Positions 49,965-59,093 of a stretch of 64,000 nt of DNA are shown here, piece after piece. Made by a program: the position numbers and the translations under genes. Origin of the DNA: a virus; the IMG/VR virus record IMGVR_UViG_3300008110_000009; one strand, written 5' to 3'. A model generated the notes under the pieces. That model worked only from the letters and a program-made list of their open reading frames with translations, ran no database searches and was not told the DNA's origin. The stretch's first letter is position 1. Each line of letters starts with the position of its first letter.

Positions 49965-50977
49965 TATTCAAAGTATTTGCTTAATGTTGTATTAATACTT
50001 TCGTTTATTTCTTTTAATTCTGGGGTGATATCCATGTTGATTTCCTCAACCTCTGGTTCTTTATCATCCTCACCATCGGTACCAAATACCATGAATTCAC
50101 CTAAATCTTGTTCTTCTTGTTCTTCGCCTCCAATTTTAGAATTAATCAATTCTTCTAATTTAGAAATTCTTTCAGCTAAATCATCTTCTGGTGCTGGTGC
50201 TGGTTCTTCTTCTGGTTCTGGCTCTTCTTCAGGGGCTGGTTCTTCACTTGGCGCTGGTTCGGCTCCAGCTTCTTCATCTCTTTCAAACTTTTTACCGATT
50301 TCCTCGATATCGTCATCTTCCAATTTGTCAAGATCAACAGCAGATATAACCATGTTTAAAACATACTTAATATCGTCACTTTCCATTTTCGGTTGTTGGT
50401 CTCTTAATTCTTGACCAAGCTTACCTGCAAATTTTTGTATTTCAGCCATATAATCTGATCTCTTACCTTCTTCAGGAGACATTGCTGGATCAGACTCTGG
50501 TGCCGCTGCTGGCTCATCTGATGACATTTCAGGTGCTGGTTCAGCACTTGGTTCTGGTTCATTTGATGATGGTAATGCCGCTGGTATATCATTAACAGCG
50601 TCTTGTGGAAGCGAAGCTTCTTCTTTAGGTTTGTTTGCTTTTAAAACATACTTCGTTACTTCTTCGTTTAATTCTTGAGATTTTAACAACTCAAGTCTTT
50701 TTAACGCTTCAGCATAAGATGTGAATCTATTTTTATTTTTCATAAACAAACCACCAATATAATCTAGTGTTTGTTCGTTTAGACCCTTTTTTACATAATA
50801 ACCATCTTTTTCTCTAACGATGCCATAAACGCCGTTAGAACTTTCTTTTACCAATTCAGCAGTTTTACTCTGATTTGAATTAGATGATTTTTGATTGTAG
50901 TAAGCCAATTCAAGGATTCTTTTGATCTTATCGTCTCCTTGCAGCTTTTCACTACCTACAGGTTTTAAATCTCCCAT
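49964..50977 (-). CDS. Acidic, Pro/Glu-rich hypothetical late protein
   Basis: 337 aa; TATTTAT upstream at 51012-51018. Confidence 0.6.
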   Translation of the reverse strand: MGDLKPVGSEKLQGDDKIKRILELAYYNQKSSNSNQSKTAELVKESSNGVYGIVREKDGYYVKKGLNEQTLDYIGGLFMKNKNRFTSYAEALKRLELLKSQELNEEVTKYVLKANKPKEEASLPQDAVNDIPAALPSSNEPEPSAEPAPEMSSDEPAAAPESDPAMSPEEGKRSDYMAEIQKFAGKLGQELRDQQPKMESDDIKYVLNMVISAVDLDKLEDDDIEEIGKKFERDEEAGAEPAPSEEPAPEEEPEPEEEPAPAPEDDLAERISKLEELINSKIGGEEQEEQDLGEFMVFGTDGEDDKEPEVEEINMDITPELKEINESINTTLSKYFE

Positions 50978-51049
50978 TGTATTAATATTAAAATAAGCTT
51001 ATTCTTAATCAATAAATATTAAATAAAAGGAAAAAAATACAGTTAGCAA

Positions 51050-51841
51050 TTATGGGAGGGATAATTTTTTGTTAGAGACATCCTTTTTCAGGTCCATTAA
51101 TTTTTCAATGTAACCATTTCTTCTCAATAACTTGAATGTTAAATTTTCATATGAATACTCCCCACCACTTGTTAAACCACTCTTTCTAAACTTTTTAAGT
51201 TTATCTCTTAAGCCTAATATTTGTTTAGTAACGTCTTCTCCCGAATTAAAATTATTAATTAATGCGTCGATTTTTTTTGCAAAGTACTCCCCTTTATTTA
51301 AAATTTGATTAGTATCGATGTTTTCCTTTTTTACCGAGGGTTCTACAATCCATTCATTATTTAATATTGAATAAACGCCAGTAGATGAGTGCTCTTCATC
51401 AATATCCTGTACATATATCTCAACATCAAACCCTTTTATTTTTATATCATTTTGTTCGTTCCACAACCCTTTTTTAGAGTCAAAAAACTCTTTTACAATA
51501 TCATTTAGTATTGATGAACTAGTTTTATCTCCTTCATTTAACTCATCCATATCAACTAAAATATGTAAATCAACATCAGAATATTCGGACCAATTGTAAT
51601 TAGCTAATGAACCAGTTAATATAACATCATGAATAAAGAAGTCCACCCCAGCAAAATCAATAAAATTATCTGTTATTTCTAATAGTCTATCAACAATTTC
51701 TTTCTTCATTGTATATGAACCATTAGCCCCCATGTCAAATATAAGTGGACACAAATGATCCTTAATCTGAAAAGATCTAATGATTTTTTTATCTACCTCA
51801 GGATCAGATAATTCTAAAAGTTCGTCTATCAAGTTGGCCAT
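51050..51841 (-). CDS. Pol-beta superfamily nucleotidyltransferase
   Basis: GS.ANYNW..YSDVDLH motif and a third acidic residue in 'VEIYVQ'. Confidence 0.8.
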   Translation of the reverse strand: MANLIDELLELSDPEVDKKIIRSFQIKDHLCPLIFDMGANGSYTMKKEIVDRLLEITDNFIDFAGVDFFIHDVILTGSLANYNWSEYSDVDLHILVDMDELNEGDKTSSSILNDIVKEFFDSKKGLWNEQNDIKIKGFDVEIYVQDIDEEHSSTGVYSILNNEWIVEPSVKKENIDTNQILNKGEYFAKKIDALINNFNSGEDVTKQILGLRDKLKKFRKSGLTSGGEYSYENLTFKLLRRNGYIEKLMDLKKDVSNKKLSLP

Positions 51842-52086
51842 TAACTAATTTTTTTAAAACTATATTTTGTTTTAATGTTTGAATTTAAAAACGAACCTTG
51901 AGAATCACTCATTCTAAATTTCGTGAAAAGCTCCCAGGGCACGCCCTCATATTCATAAATACTCCCATTATTAAACACAATAGTCAATAAAGACGTTTCC
52001 GTGTTATAAGTTGCGGATTTAATATTTGTTGACTTGATATCAACATGAATTAACTTCCCATCAATTTTTTCTGATATAATTCCCAT
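51841..52086 (-). CDS. KTSC domain protein
   Basis: STNIKSA.Y.....L.I.F.NG.IYEY.GVP......F....S.G.F.N..IK..Y pattern. Confidence 0.88.
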   Translation of the reverse strand: MGIISEKIDGKLIHVDIKSTNIKSATYNTETSLLTIVFNNGSIYEYEGVPWELFTKFRMSDSQGSFLNSNIKTKYSFKKIS

Positions 52087-52122
52087 AGTCTCTTTTTATT
52101 AAAATATACGAGTTTTAAAAAT

Positions 52123-52151
52123 AAAAAAAAAGCCCCGATTAACGAGGCTTT
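52123..52151 (-). terminator. Intrinsic terminator after hsp20
   Basis: AAAGCCTCG-TTAAT-CGGGGC-TTTTTTTTT on the minus strand. Confidence 0.75.
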
Positions 52152-52170
52152 AAAATAAACACAATAAATG

Positions 52171-52539
52171 TTAATTAAGTGAAATCAACCTTTCTAAAGA
52201 CTTTTTCTTGTCTATCGGTAATGTTAATTCTAAAATACCATTTTCAACTTTTCCAATGATATCTTTCTCCTTAACATCATCAGGAATGGTATAGTTTTTC
52301 ACAAAGCTTTCAACAAAATGTGTTTTTTCATCTTTCTCTTCTTTTTCAAAAGAAATTCTCAATACACCATCTTTTGTTGAAATTTTTAGGTCATCCTTTG
52401 TTAAACCAGGAACAGACAAGAAAACTTTATACTCGCTTTCATTTTTGCGAATAGTTGATTTTGGGCTTAGTGTTGGGTGAGCACTATCAAAGACTCTATC
52501 CACAACATCAAAAAACGGATCTCTAAATAATGTAATCAT
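52171..52539 (-). CDS. Small heat shock protein (Hsp20)
   Basis: VPGL.K.DL.I...DGVL.I; 'F...YTIP.DV....I.G..ENGIL.L.LP'. Confidence 0.92.
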   Translation of the reverse strand: MITLFRDPFFDVVDRVFDSAHPTLSPKSTIRKNESEYKVFLSVPGLTKDDLKISTKDGVLRISFEKEEKDEKTHFVESFVKNYTIPDDVKEKDIIGKVENGILELTLPIDKKKSLERLISLN

Positions 52540-52566
52540 AGTTTTATAAATTTTTATTTGATATTA

Positions 52567-52637
52567 ACAATTTTTTTGCCAACAAACATGTTATGACATT
52601 TAGTCATATTTTTTTAAAACAATTAGACATTTTGTCA
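52567..52637 (-). promoter_or_regulatory. Sigma54-type promoter plus two TGACA-N3-TGTCA-like boxes upstream of hsp20
   Basis: TGGC-N7-TTGT at 52581..52567 with exact -24/-12 spacing; boxes at 52594-52606 and 52625-52637. Confidence 0.55.
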
Positions 52638-52696
52638 ATTACTAAGTTTTTTTTTATGAAAAAAAATCCGTATGTTTGTTTATAAATCAAAATGTT

Positions 52697-54715
52697 ATGC
52701 CAGTAGACTTCGAATACGAGGAGAATCAAAGAACAAACCCCAAAAACAGGAAAAGCACTTCAGGAACACCAATTCTTGATAATTTTTCTAGAGACCTTAT
52801 TAAGCTAGCTCAAGAAGGTAAAATTGACCCTATAGTTGGTAGAGACAAGGAAGTGAAAAGAATTGCGCAGATTCTTTCAAGAAAAAAGAAAAACAACGCG
52901 GTTATTGTTGGTGACGCCGGTGTGGGTAAATCAGCGTTAGTTGAAAAACTAGCATTGATGATATCAAAAGGCGACTGCCCTTCAAATTTACTTGACAAAC
53001 GAATAGTATCATTAGATTTAACATCACTAGTTGCAGGTACAAAATATCGGGGGCAATTTGAAGAAAGAATAAAAGCTATATTACATGAATTACAAGACAA
53101 TCCAGACGTTGTTGTGTTTATCGATGAATTACACACAATGGTTGGCGCTGGTAATGCTAGTGGATCAATGGATGCCGCAAATATTCTAAAACCAGCATTA
53201 GCTAGAGGTGAAATTCAATGTATAGGTGCAACAACTTTTGATGAATTCAAAAAACATATTGAAAAAGATGGTGCGTTAGTTAGGAGATTTCAAAAAATTA
53301 TTTTAAAGGAGCCAACCGAATCAGAAACAGTTGAAATATTAAATAATTTGCAAAAATCATATGAAGAATATCATAAGGTTTCATACGGAAGCGAAGTTGT
53401 TGAAACAATTGTAAGATTATCCGGAAGATATATGACTGACAAACAATTTCCAGATAAAGCAATTGATGTACTTGATGAATTAGGTTCAGAAAAACGAGTA
53501 ATAACAAAAATTCCAGAAGTCATTGAAAAGCTGAAAAAAGAAATAGAAGAAATTAGAGAAAGAAAACTAGAAGTTGTTAAAAGCCAAAATTACGAGCAGG
53601 CCGCAAAGCTTAGAGATGAAGAAAAAAAAGCGGTTAAAAAATTAGAAGACGAAAAAAGTAAATGGCTCGACAAGCAAAAAGGTAATCTAATACCCGTTAG
53701 TGTAGAAGATGTCTATGATATTATTTCAAATATTACTGGAATCCCCATTACAAAAATAGATAGTAATGAAGTAAATAACCTATTAAATTTAGAGGTTGAT
53801 TTATCTAAAAAAGTTATAGGCCAAGAAGATGCTATTTCGATCATATCTAAAGCAATTAGAAGAAATAGAGTTGGTATAAAAGATAATAAAAAACCAATTG
53901 GTTCTTTCATATTTCTGGGATCAACAGGTGTTGGTAAAACATATCTTGCCAAAAGCTTGGCACAATTAATATTTGGGTCAGATGATAAGGTTATTCGTGT
54001 TGATATGAGTGAGTATATGGAGAAGCATACTGTATCTAGATTAATCGGTTCTCCTCCCGGTTATGTTGGTTATGATGAAGGTGGACAATTAACTGAAAAA
54101 GTTAAAAATAACCCATTTGCTGTGATATTGTTTGATGAGATTGAAAAAGCACACAAAGATGTTTTCAACATTCTTTTACAAATTTTAGACGAAGGGCATT
54201 TAACAGATTCATTCGGTCGAAAAGTTAATTTCACAAATACCTTAATTATTATGACATCAAATGTTGGCGCAAAGAAAGTATCTGAATTTGGTGGGGGCGT
54301 CGGGTTTTCAACTAGCAGTAGTGAAACACAGCAGTACGAGGTTAGAAAAACTATGATTCAAAAATCTCTTAAGCAACAGTTTAATCCAGAATTTTTAAAC
54401 AGAATTGATGATATCATTTTATTCAATCCTTTAAATGAGGATTCGTTAAGAAAAATTGTTTCATTAGAAATTAATAAATTAGTTACTAGGTTACAAGAAA
54501 AAAAATACATCATAGCTTTTGATGATTCTGTTCTAACGGAAATCATAAAAAGAAATAAAGATGAGGAATATGGGGCAAGACCAATAAAAAGAATAATCCA
54601 ATCTTTATGTGAAGATTTTCTTAGTGATCAAATACTAATGGGTAATATTAAAGAAAACAAAGCTGTTAAAGTGGTTTTTAAAGAAAAAATGATTTTAAAA
54701 ACAAAAATCATATAA
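52697..54715 (+). CDS. Clp/Hsp100 ATPase (ClpC/ClpB-like, lacking the N-terminal repeat domain)
   Basis: Two AAA+ modules (GDAGVGKS/IDE; GSTGVGKT/FDEIEKAH) and a UVR-like linker; TATGTTTG -7 box at 52671. Confidence 0.92.
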   Translation: MPVDFEYEENQRTNPKNRKSTSGTPILDNFSRDLIKLAQEGKIDPIVGRDKEVKRIAQILSRKKKNNAVIVGDAGVGKSALVEKLALMISKGDCPSNLLDKRIVSLDLTSLVAGTKYRGQFEERIKAILHELQDNPDVVVFIDELHTMVGAGNASGSMDAANILKPALARGEIQCIGATTFDEFKKHIEKDGALVRRFQKIILKEPTESETVEILNNLQKSYEEYHKVSYGSEVVETIVRLSGRYMTDKQFPDKAIDVLDELGSEKRVITKIPEVIEKLKKEIEEIRERKLEVVKSQNYEQAAKLRDEEKKAVKKLEDEKSKWLDKQKGNLIPVSVEDVYDIISNITGIPITKIDSNEVNNLLNLEVDLSKKVIGQEDAISIISKAIRRNRVGIKDNKKPIGSFIFLGSTGVGKTYLAKSLAQLIFGSDDKVIRVDMSEYMEKHTVSRLIGSPPGYVGYDEGGQLTEKVKNNPFAVILFDEIEKAHKDVFNILLQILDEGHLTDSFGRKVNFTNTLIIMTSNVGAKKVSEFGGGVGFSTSSSETQQYEVRKTMIQKSLKQQFNPEFLNRIDDIILFNPLNEDSLRKIVSLEINKLVTRLQEKKYIIAFDDSVLTEIIKRNKDEEYGARPIKRIIQSLCEDFLSDQILMGNIKENKAVKVVFKEKMILKTKII

Positions 54716-54764
54716 TTTTTAACTAAATATTTGACTTTTTGTGAAAATCACATATATTTATATG

Positions 54765-54868
54765 CTTGAGGTTCTCTTTGTCGATTACCTTTTCGTTTTT
54801 TTCATAAGTAAGCGGGGTTGAACCCGCCGAAAGACCTTAAAACCCCGACATCCTGTTGGGGTTTTTTA
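54765..54868 (+). ncRNA. Candidate small RNA 1
   Basis: Upstream TTTG-N19-TATATTTA overlapping TATTTATA; no ORF; stems AGG..TCTTT/AAAGACCT and GCGGG/CCCGC; terminator AAAACCCC..GGGGTTTTTT. Confidence 0.5.
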
Positions 54869-54914
54869 TTTTATATTTTGTTTTATCAATATTTTCCCGT
54901 ATATTTAAGATAGT

Positions 54915-55106
54915 ATGAAAAAATATACATTGATTTTCGCTCTTGGTGTAGCACTTACACTAACAGCATGTGGTTCAGGATCTGCCACAAACGAAGCAAC
55001 AGATTCAACTGCTGCACAAGTTGATACAGCTGCTGTTACCACAGCTGACTCAACGGTAAGCACAACGGAAGCTCCAGCTGCACCAGCAACTGAAGTAGTA
55101 AAATAA
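54915..55106 (+). CDS. Small Ala/Thr-rich lipoprotein
   Basis: Lipobox LTAC; own promoter (TTTG-N19-TATATTTA) and terminator at 55107-55140. Confidence 0.8.
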   Translation: MKKYTLIFALGVALTLTACGSGSATNEATDSTAAQVDTAAVTTADSTVSTTEAPAAPATEVVK

Positions 55107-55140
55107 GAAAGGGGCCAGGTTACTGGCCCTTTTATTTTTT
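55107..55140 (+). terminator. Intrinsic terminator
   Basis: AAGGGGCCAG-GTTA-CTGGCCCTTTTATTTTT. Confidence 0.8.
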
Positions 55141-55156
55141 TAAATGACCACTAATA

Positions 55157-55495
55157 ATGAAAAATTTTGTTTGTAGTATCTGCAATAAGGACACTTCGAA
55201 TGTAGATATTGACTATTTGGTTGGTTTTGACCATCTATCATGTGTCCTAGAAACAGAAAAATCAAATCAGACTGAGCTATGCGTTTTATGTGGCGCAGTT
55301 ACCCCATATAAATTTTATGAGCATGTTGATATGAGATACGGGTACGTTGAGGGCTGTGGACAATTATGTGAAAAATGCTATAATATGGGTACTGATAGGG
55401 AACAAATGCTGGTACCGACCAGTATAGTAAAAAACACCTCAAACGACGCTGAATTAGGTGCAAAAGTTAGAAGACTTTACTGGGAATCAAGATAA
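55157..55495 (+). CDS. Cys-rich (zinc-finger-like) hypothetical protein
   Basis: CxxC, HxxC, CxxC, CxxC pairs. Confidence 0.6.
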   Translation: MKNFVCSICNKDTSNVDIDYLVGFDHLSCVLETEKSNQTELCVLCGAVTPYKFYEHVDMRYGYVEGCGQLCEKCYNMGTDREQMLVPTSIVKNTSNDAELGAKVRRLYWESR

Positions 55496-55543
55496 TTTGT
55501 TTTTTTGATTTTTTTTGTTTATTTTTATACTATAAACAGACAA

Positions 55544-55720
55544 ATGAAAAAGGACCCACAAACTAAAATCTTGTTCATTGTTACCATTATCATGCTTGTA
55601 ATGGTTTTTTTTATTGCTAAACACTACAGAGATGAGGTGTATGCTTTAAAGATAGAAATTAAAAAACTCGAAATACTTATAGAAAAGCATGGAAGAAATG
55701 ACAGTACAATACAAAGGTGA
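55544..55720 (+). CDS. Small single-TM protein
   Basis: Hydrophobic segment followed by a coiled coil. Confidence 0.45.
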   Translation: MKKDPQTKILFIVTIIMLVMVFFIAKHYRDEVYALKIEIKKLEILIEKHGRNDSTIQR

Positions 55721-56120
55721 TTTAATATTACTTAGAGGAATCCCTGGTTCCGGTAAATCAACCTTAGGAGAAATTATTTTACAAACCACTCAACAACAAA
55801 AGCCAGATGTACTATCTGCAGATAATTTTTTTGTTGATGAAAATGGTGTTTATAATTTTGACTCGAATAAACTTAAGGAAGCACATAACATGTGTCAACA
55901 AAAGTGTGCGGAAAGAATGCGTTTAGAATTTTCTAAAATTGTTGTTGCAAACACCTTTACACAAGAATGGGAAATGCAACCATACTTTGAAATGGCAAAA
56001 AGGTACGGTTACAGAATCCACACATTAATTGTTGAGAATAGACACGGTAGTAAGAACATACATAATGTTCCGGATGACAAACTGGAACAAATGAAAGATC
56101 GATTCGAAATCTCTCTTTAA
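55689..56120 (+). CDS. P-loop polynucleotide kinase-like protein
   Basis: LLRGIPGSGKST, SADNFF, VANTF and HNVP motifs. Confidence 0.85.
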   Translation: MEEMTVQYKGDLILLRGIPGSGKSTLGEIILQTTQQQKPDVLSADNFFVDENGVYNFDSNKLKEAHNMCQQKCAERMRLEFSKIVVANTFTQEWEMQPYFEMAKRYGYRIHTLIVENRHGSKNIHNVPDDKLEQMKDRFEISL

Positions 56121-56169
56121 GTGAGTAAATTTATTGTTTCATACTTTAACCAACCCCCAAAAAATCGTA

Positions 56170-57219
56170 ATGGATTTTTTAAACAAATTAGAAAAATACT
56201 ATCAAAATGGTTTGCTTTTAAAACAAACCCATCCAAGATACGATCTAACAATATGGAACTACACCCCTAAAGTTCAATATGAACGACTATGGGATGATAT
56301 TACGTTACAATGCCGAGGACTGGTTACTAACTCAGAAGGTAAAATTATTGCAAGACCATTTAAGAAATTCTTCAACTACGAGGAACATAAACCAGAAGAT
56401 ATTCCAAATGAGGATTACGTTGTTTATGAAAAATTAGATGGATCACTAGGTATCCTTTTTAATTATAAAAATGAATGGATTTTAGCGACTCGTGGTTCTT
56501 TTACATCGCCCCAAGCAATCAAAGGAAAAGAAATACTCGAAAGACACGATATTAGCGCATGGAGAAAAGATAACACATATCTATTTGAAATAATTTACCC
56601 TGAAAATAGAATTGTTGTTGATTATGGTGATGAAGAAAAGCTAGTTGTTATTGGTGGTATTCATACTGAGACTAGCGAAGAAATACCTGACAGTAGTTTG
56701 TTTTGGACACAAGATTCTGGTTTTGAAGTTGTTACAACATATAAAACCTGGGGGGAAGGGTATGACCTACTTAAAGAAGAAATAAGTAAAGACAAAGAAG
56801 GTTATGTGATTCGATTTAAAAATGGTTTTAGAATGAAAATAAAGGGGGAAGAATATGTGCGTCTTCACCGGATATTGACCAATATCTCAAATAGGGATAT
56901 TTGGGAATACTTAAAAGAAAATAAATCATTTAACGATATTATTGATAAAGTCCCGGATGAATTTTATGAGTGGGTTAAGAACACCGCTGATAGTATGGTA
57001 AAACAATATGAGAGTATTGAAAAAAAATCTTTAATTGATTTTGCCAATATCCAAAAAAACACTAATATTGAGGATAGAAAAAGTTTTGCATTAGAAGCAT
57101 TAAAATGTGATAACCCTTCCATTTTATTTTCTATGCTAGACAAAAAATATTATGGAGACATAATATGGAAAATTATTTACCCAACTTATTCAAAACCCTT
57201 TAAAAATGATGAAAACTGA
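56170..57219 (+). CDS. RNA ligase (T4 Rnl1-like)
   Basis: CRGLV, RPF.KFFN, EKLDGSL, TRGSF, FEII, EGYV and MKIK motifs. Confidence 0.9.
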   Translation: MDFLNKLEKYYQNGLLLKQTHPRYDLTIWNYTPKVQYERLWDDITLQCRGLVTNSEGKIIARPFKKFFNYEEHKPEDIPNEDYVVYEKLDGSLGILFNYKNEWILATRGSFTSPQAIKGKEILERHDISAWRKDNTYLFEIIYPENRIVVDYGDEEKLVVIGGIHTETSEEIPDSSLFWTQDSGFEVVTTYKTWGEGYDLLKEEISKDKEGYVIRFKNGFRMKIKGEEYVRLHRILTNISNRDIWEYLKENKSFNDIIDKVPDEFYEWVKNTADSMVKQYESIEKKSLIDFANIQKNTNIEDRKSFALEALKCDNPSILFSMLDKKYYGDIIWKIIYPTYSKPFKNDEN

Positions 57220-57544
57220 GAAAGACAAATTTAATGTTCACGTAAAAGGAAAGTACAAAAATTTTGAAGATTTTTTGGATAGAAACAAAGACCTCATTTA
57301 TGGAGGTGTCATTGATTCTTTTAAAGAACTTCTCGGGTCCAGAAAAAGAAAAATTAAGTACACCGTAAATGCAACAGTAAAGCTTGACACCAATGAGATT
57401 GTAGAATGGAAAACAGAATTTTTATTGGTTAAGAATGAACCAGATATTCTGGTAGAACACATTATGCCTCATTTTGAGGAACAAGAAGATTATGAAAAAT
57501 GTTCTGAAATATTAAATTTACACAAAGAGTTGACAAATAAATAA
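57206..57544 (+). CDS. Hypothetical protein (C-terminal 'EDYEKC' UVR-like helix)
   Basis: ORF track. Confidence 0.55.
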   Translation: MMKTEKDKFNVHVKGKYKNFEDFLDRNKDLIYGGVIDSFKELLGSRKRKIKYTVNATVKLDTNEIVEWKTEFLLVKNEPDILVEHIMPHFEEQEDYEKCSEILNLHKELTNK

Positions 57545-57564
57545 AAATATGGTATATTAGTTTA

Positions 57565-57637
57565 TAAGCGTATAATAGAGGTACGTTTAGTCATTTCTTG
57601 CCAAAGAAAGCCCCCATTTCTACGGGGGTTTTCATTT
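57565..57637 (+). ncRNA. Candidate small RNA 2
   Basis: TTGACA-N17-TATATT promoter at 57530-57558, followed by three consecutive hairpins ending in a terminator. Confidence 0.45.
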
Positions 57638-59089
57638 TTATAACATTAATCTAGATCCAACTAAAAAATTGTGCATAATTGGTGTGCCAGGAGCCGTATT
57701 TAAATTTGCTTTATAATTTAAACTCAAACCAAACCTTCTAGTTATTTTATAATCAAAACTACTACCTAGTAAAAAACCAAAATGTCTATTTACAGTTGTT
57801 TGCCCCGTTACTGTATTATATGATATTGGTGAAGACATCATAAACACTTGTGGCGATACCGTTATTTTTTTATTATATTGATATGGTTTTGTCCAAAAAA
57901 CAACCATTGAGGATGATAAAGACATATCATACTTTTTTTCTATATTTTTTGTGAATAAAGAAATCAAACCAACATTATAACCATACGTTCCTCTTTTTAT
58001 ATGTGGTTTAATCCAAGTATACCCCATTAAATTCATCAATGTACCATTTAAATACGCAAACGTTGATGAATAGCTATTAATTGCACTCAGTTTACCATTT
58101 TTAAAATCCATTTTTGTCATTCCACCCGAAAGAGCAAATTGATTTAAAGAAGACCATATCATTGCATTAGCACTATAAGTTTTATCCCCCATCAGAGACG
58201 ATTTACTCAACCCCAAAGATAAAATAACATCAAATTTTCCATCTATATTTTGTGCACTTGTTAGATCGGAGGCTAATAATAGTGGATTCATATTTTGTTG
58301 TTTCTTTTTTTCTTCTTTTTTCTCTTCTTTTTTTTCTTCTTTAGAATCCTCTTTTTTCTCTTCTTTCTTTTCTTCTGACTTAGATTCCTCTTTCTTTTCT
58401 TCACTTTTGCTTTCTGATTTTGATTCTTCTTTAGATTCGGATTTACTTTCTGACTTTGTTTCTGACTTAGATTCACTTTTTTGTTCGGATGACGATGAAC
58501 CACCACCACTCTTATTATCAGATGATGAAGATGAAGAAGAAGAACCGCTTGAAGACGAAGATGAACCACTTGCACCCGAAGAAGATGTTGACGCAGACGC
58601 ACCACTACTTGCCGCAGAGCTACCAGCAGAGCTCGCCGAAGACGATGCAGCAGATGAAGCCGAAGACGATGCAGCAGATGAAGCCGAAGAGCTTGCGGCC
58701 GCTGAAGCTGATGAACTAGCGGCAGAATTAGCGGCTTGAGATGCCGCTTGTGATGCGGCCTGAGATGCTGCTTGTGAAGCCGCTTGACTAACAGCTTGTG
58801 TTACTGTCTGTTGAACAACAACATTTGTTGGGCATGCCCTTGAGCTATACGCCGCATATGTTGCTTGTAGCCAAACCTGCATTGCCCCACCCTGAACTTC
58901 AATTGCTGTAAATGTTCTAATTTGGTCATAAAAAGAAACAACAGCATTTCCATTTACATATGTTGTTGTTGCTACTTTTATTTCACCAGTACATTTATCA
59001 ACAAATGTTTGTGTAAATGTTTGAGCATTAATCTTACTAGAACATAAGATTATAAAAAATATGAAATAAATAAATTTATTTTTTTTCAA
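57638..59089 (-). CDS. Secreted protein: signal peptide, Ser/Ala-rich and Glu/Lys-rich linker, C-terminal outer-membrane beta-barrel
   Basis: Signal ending INA-Q; SQAA/SSSA repeats; about 220 aa of alternating amphipathic strands at the C-terminus. Confidence 0.7.
   Translation of the reverse strand: MKKNKFIYFIFFIILCSSKINAQTFTQTFVDKCTGEIKVATTTYVNGNAVVSFYDQIRTFTAIEVQGGAMQVWLQATYAAYSSRACPTNVVVQQTVTQAVSQAASQAASQAASQAASQAANSAASSSASAAASSSASSAASSSASSAASSSASSAGSSAASSGASASTSSSGASGSSSSSSGSSSSSSSSDNKSGGGSSSSEQKSESKSETKSESKSESKEESKSESKSEEKKEESKSEEKKEEKKEDSKEEKKEEKKEEKKKQQNMNPLLLASDLTSAQNIDGKFDVILSLGLSKSSLMGDKTYSANAMIWSSLNQFALSGGMTKMDFKNGKLSAINSYSSTFAYLNGTLMNLMGYTWIKPHIKRGTYGYNVGLISLFTKNIEKKYDMSLSSSMVVFWTKPYQYNKKITVSPQVFMMSSPISYNTVTGQTTVNRHFGFLLGSSFDYKITRRFGLSLNYKANLNTAPGTPIMHNFLVGSRLML
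58635..58690. repeat. Perfect 24-nt tandem repeat (2.3 copies) in Ser/Ala linker
   Basis: Unit GCCGAAGACGATGCAGCAGATGAA. Confidence 0.85.
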
Positions 59090-59093
59090 TTAC

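Noticed and set aside
54822-54837. GCGGGTTCAACCCCGC on the minus strand resembles a tRNA T-arm
   Set aside because: Loop is 6 nt and no acceptor, D or anticodon arms can be formed; no tRNA called.
58288-58739. ORFs 58407..58739 (+), 58489..58719 (+) and 58288..58605 (-)
   Set aside because: Alternative frames kept open by the low-complexity Ser/Ala repeat of 57638..59089.
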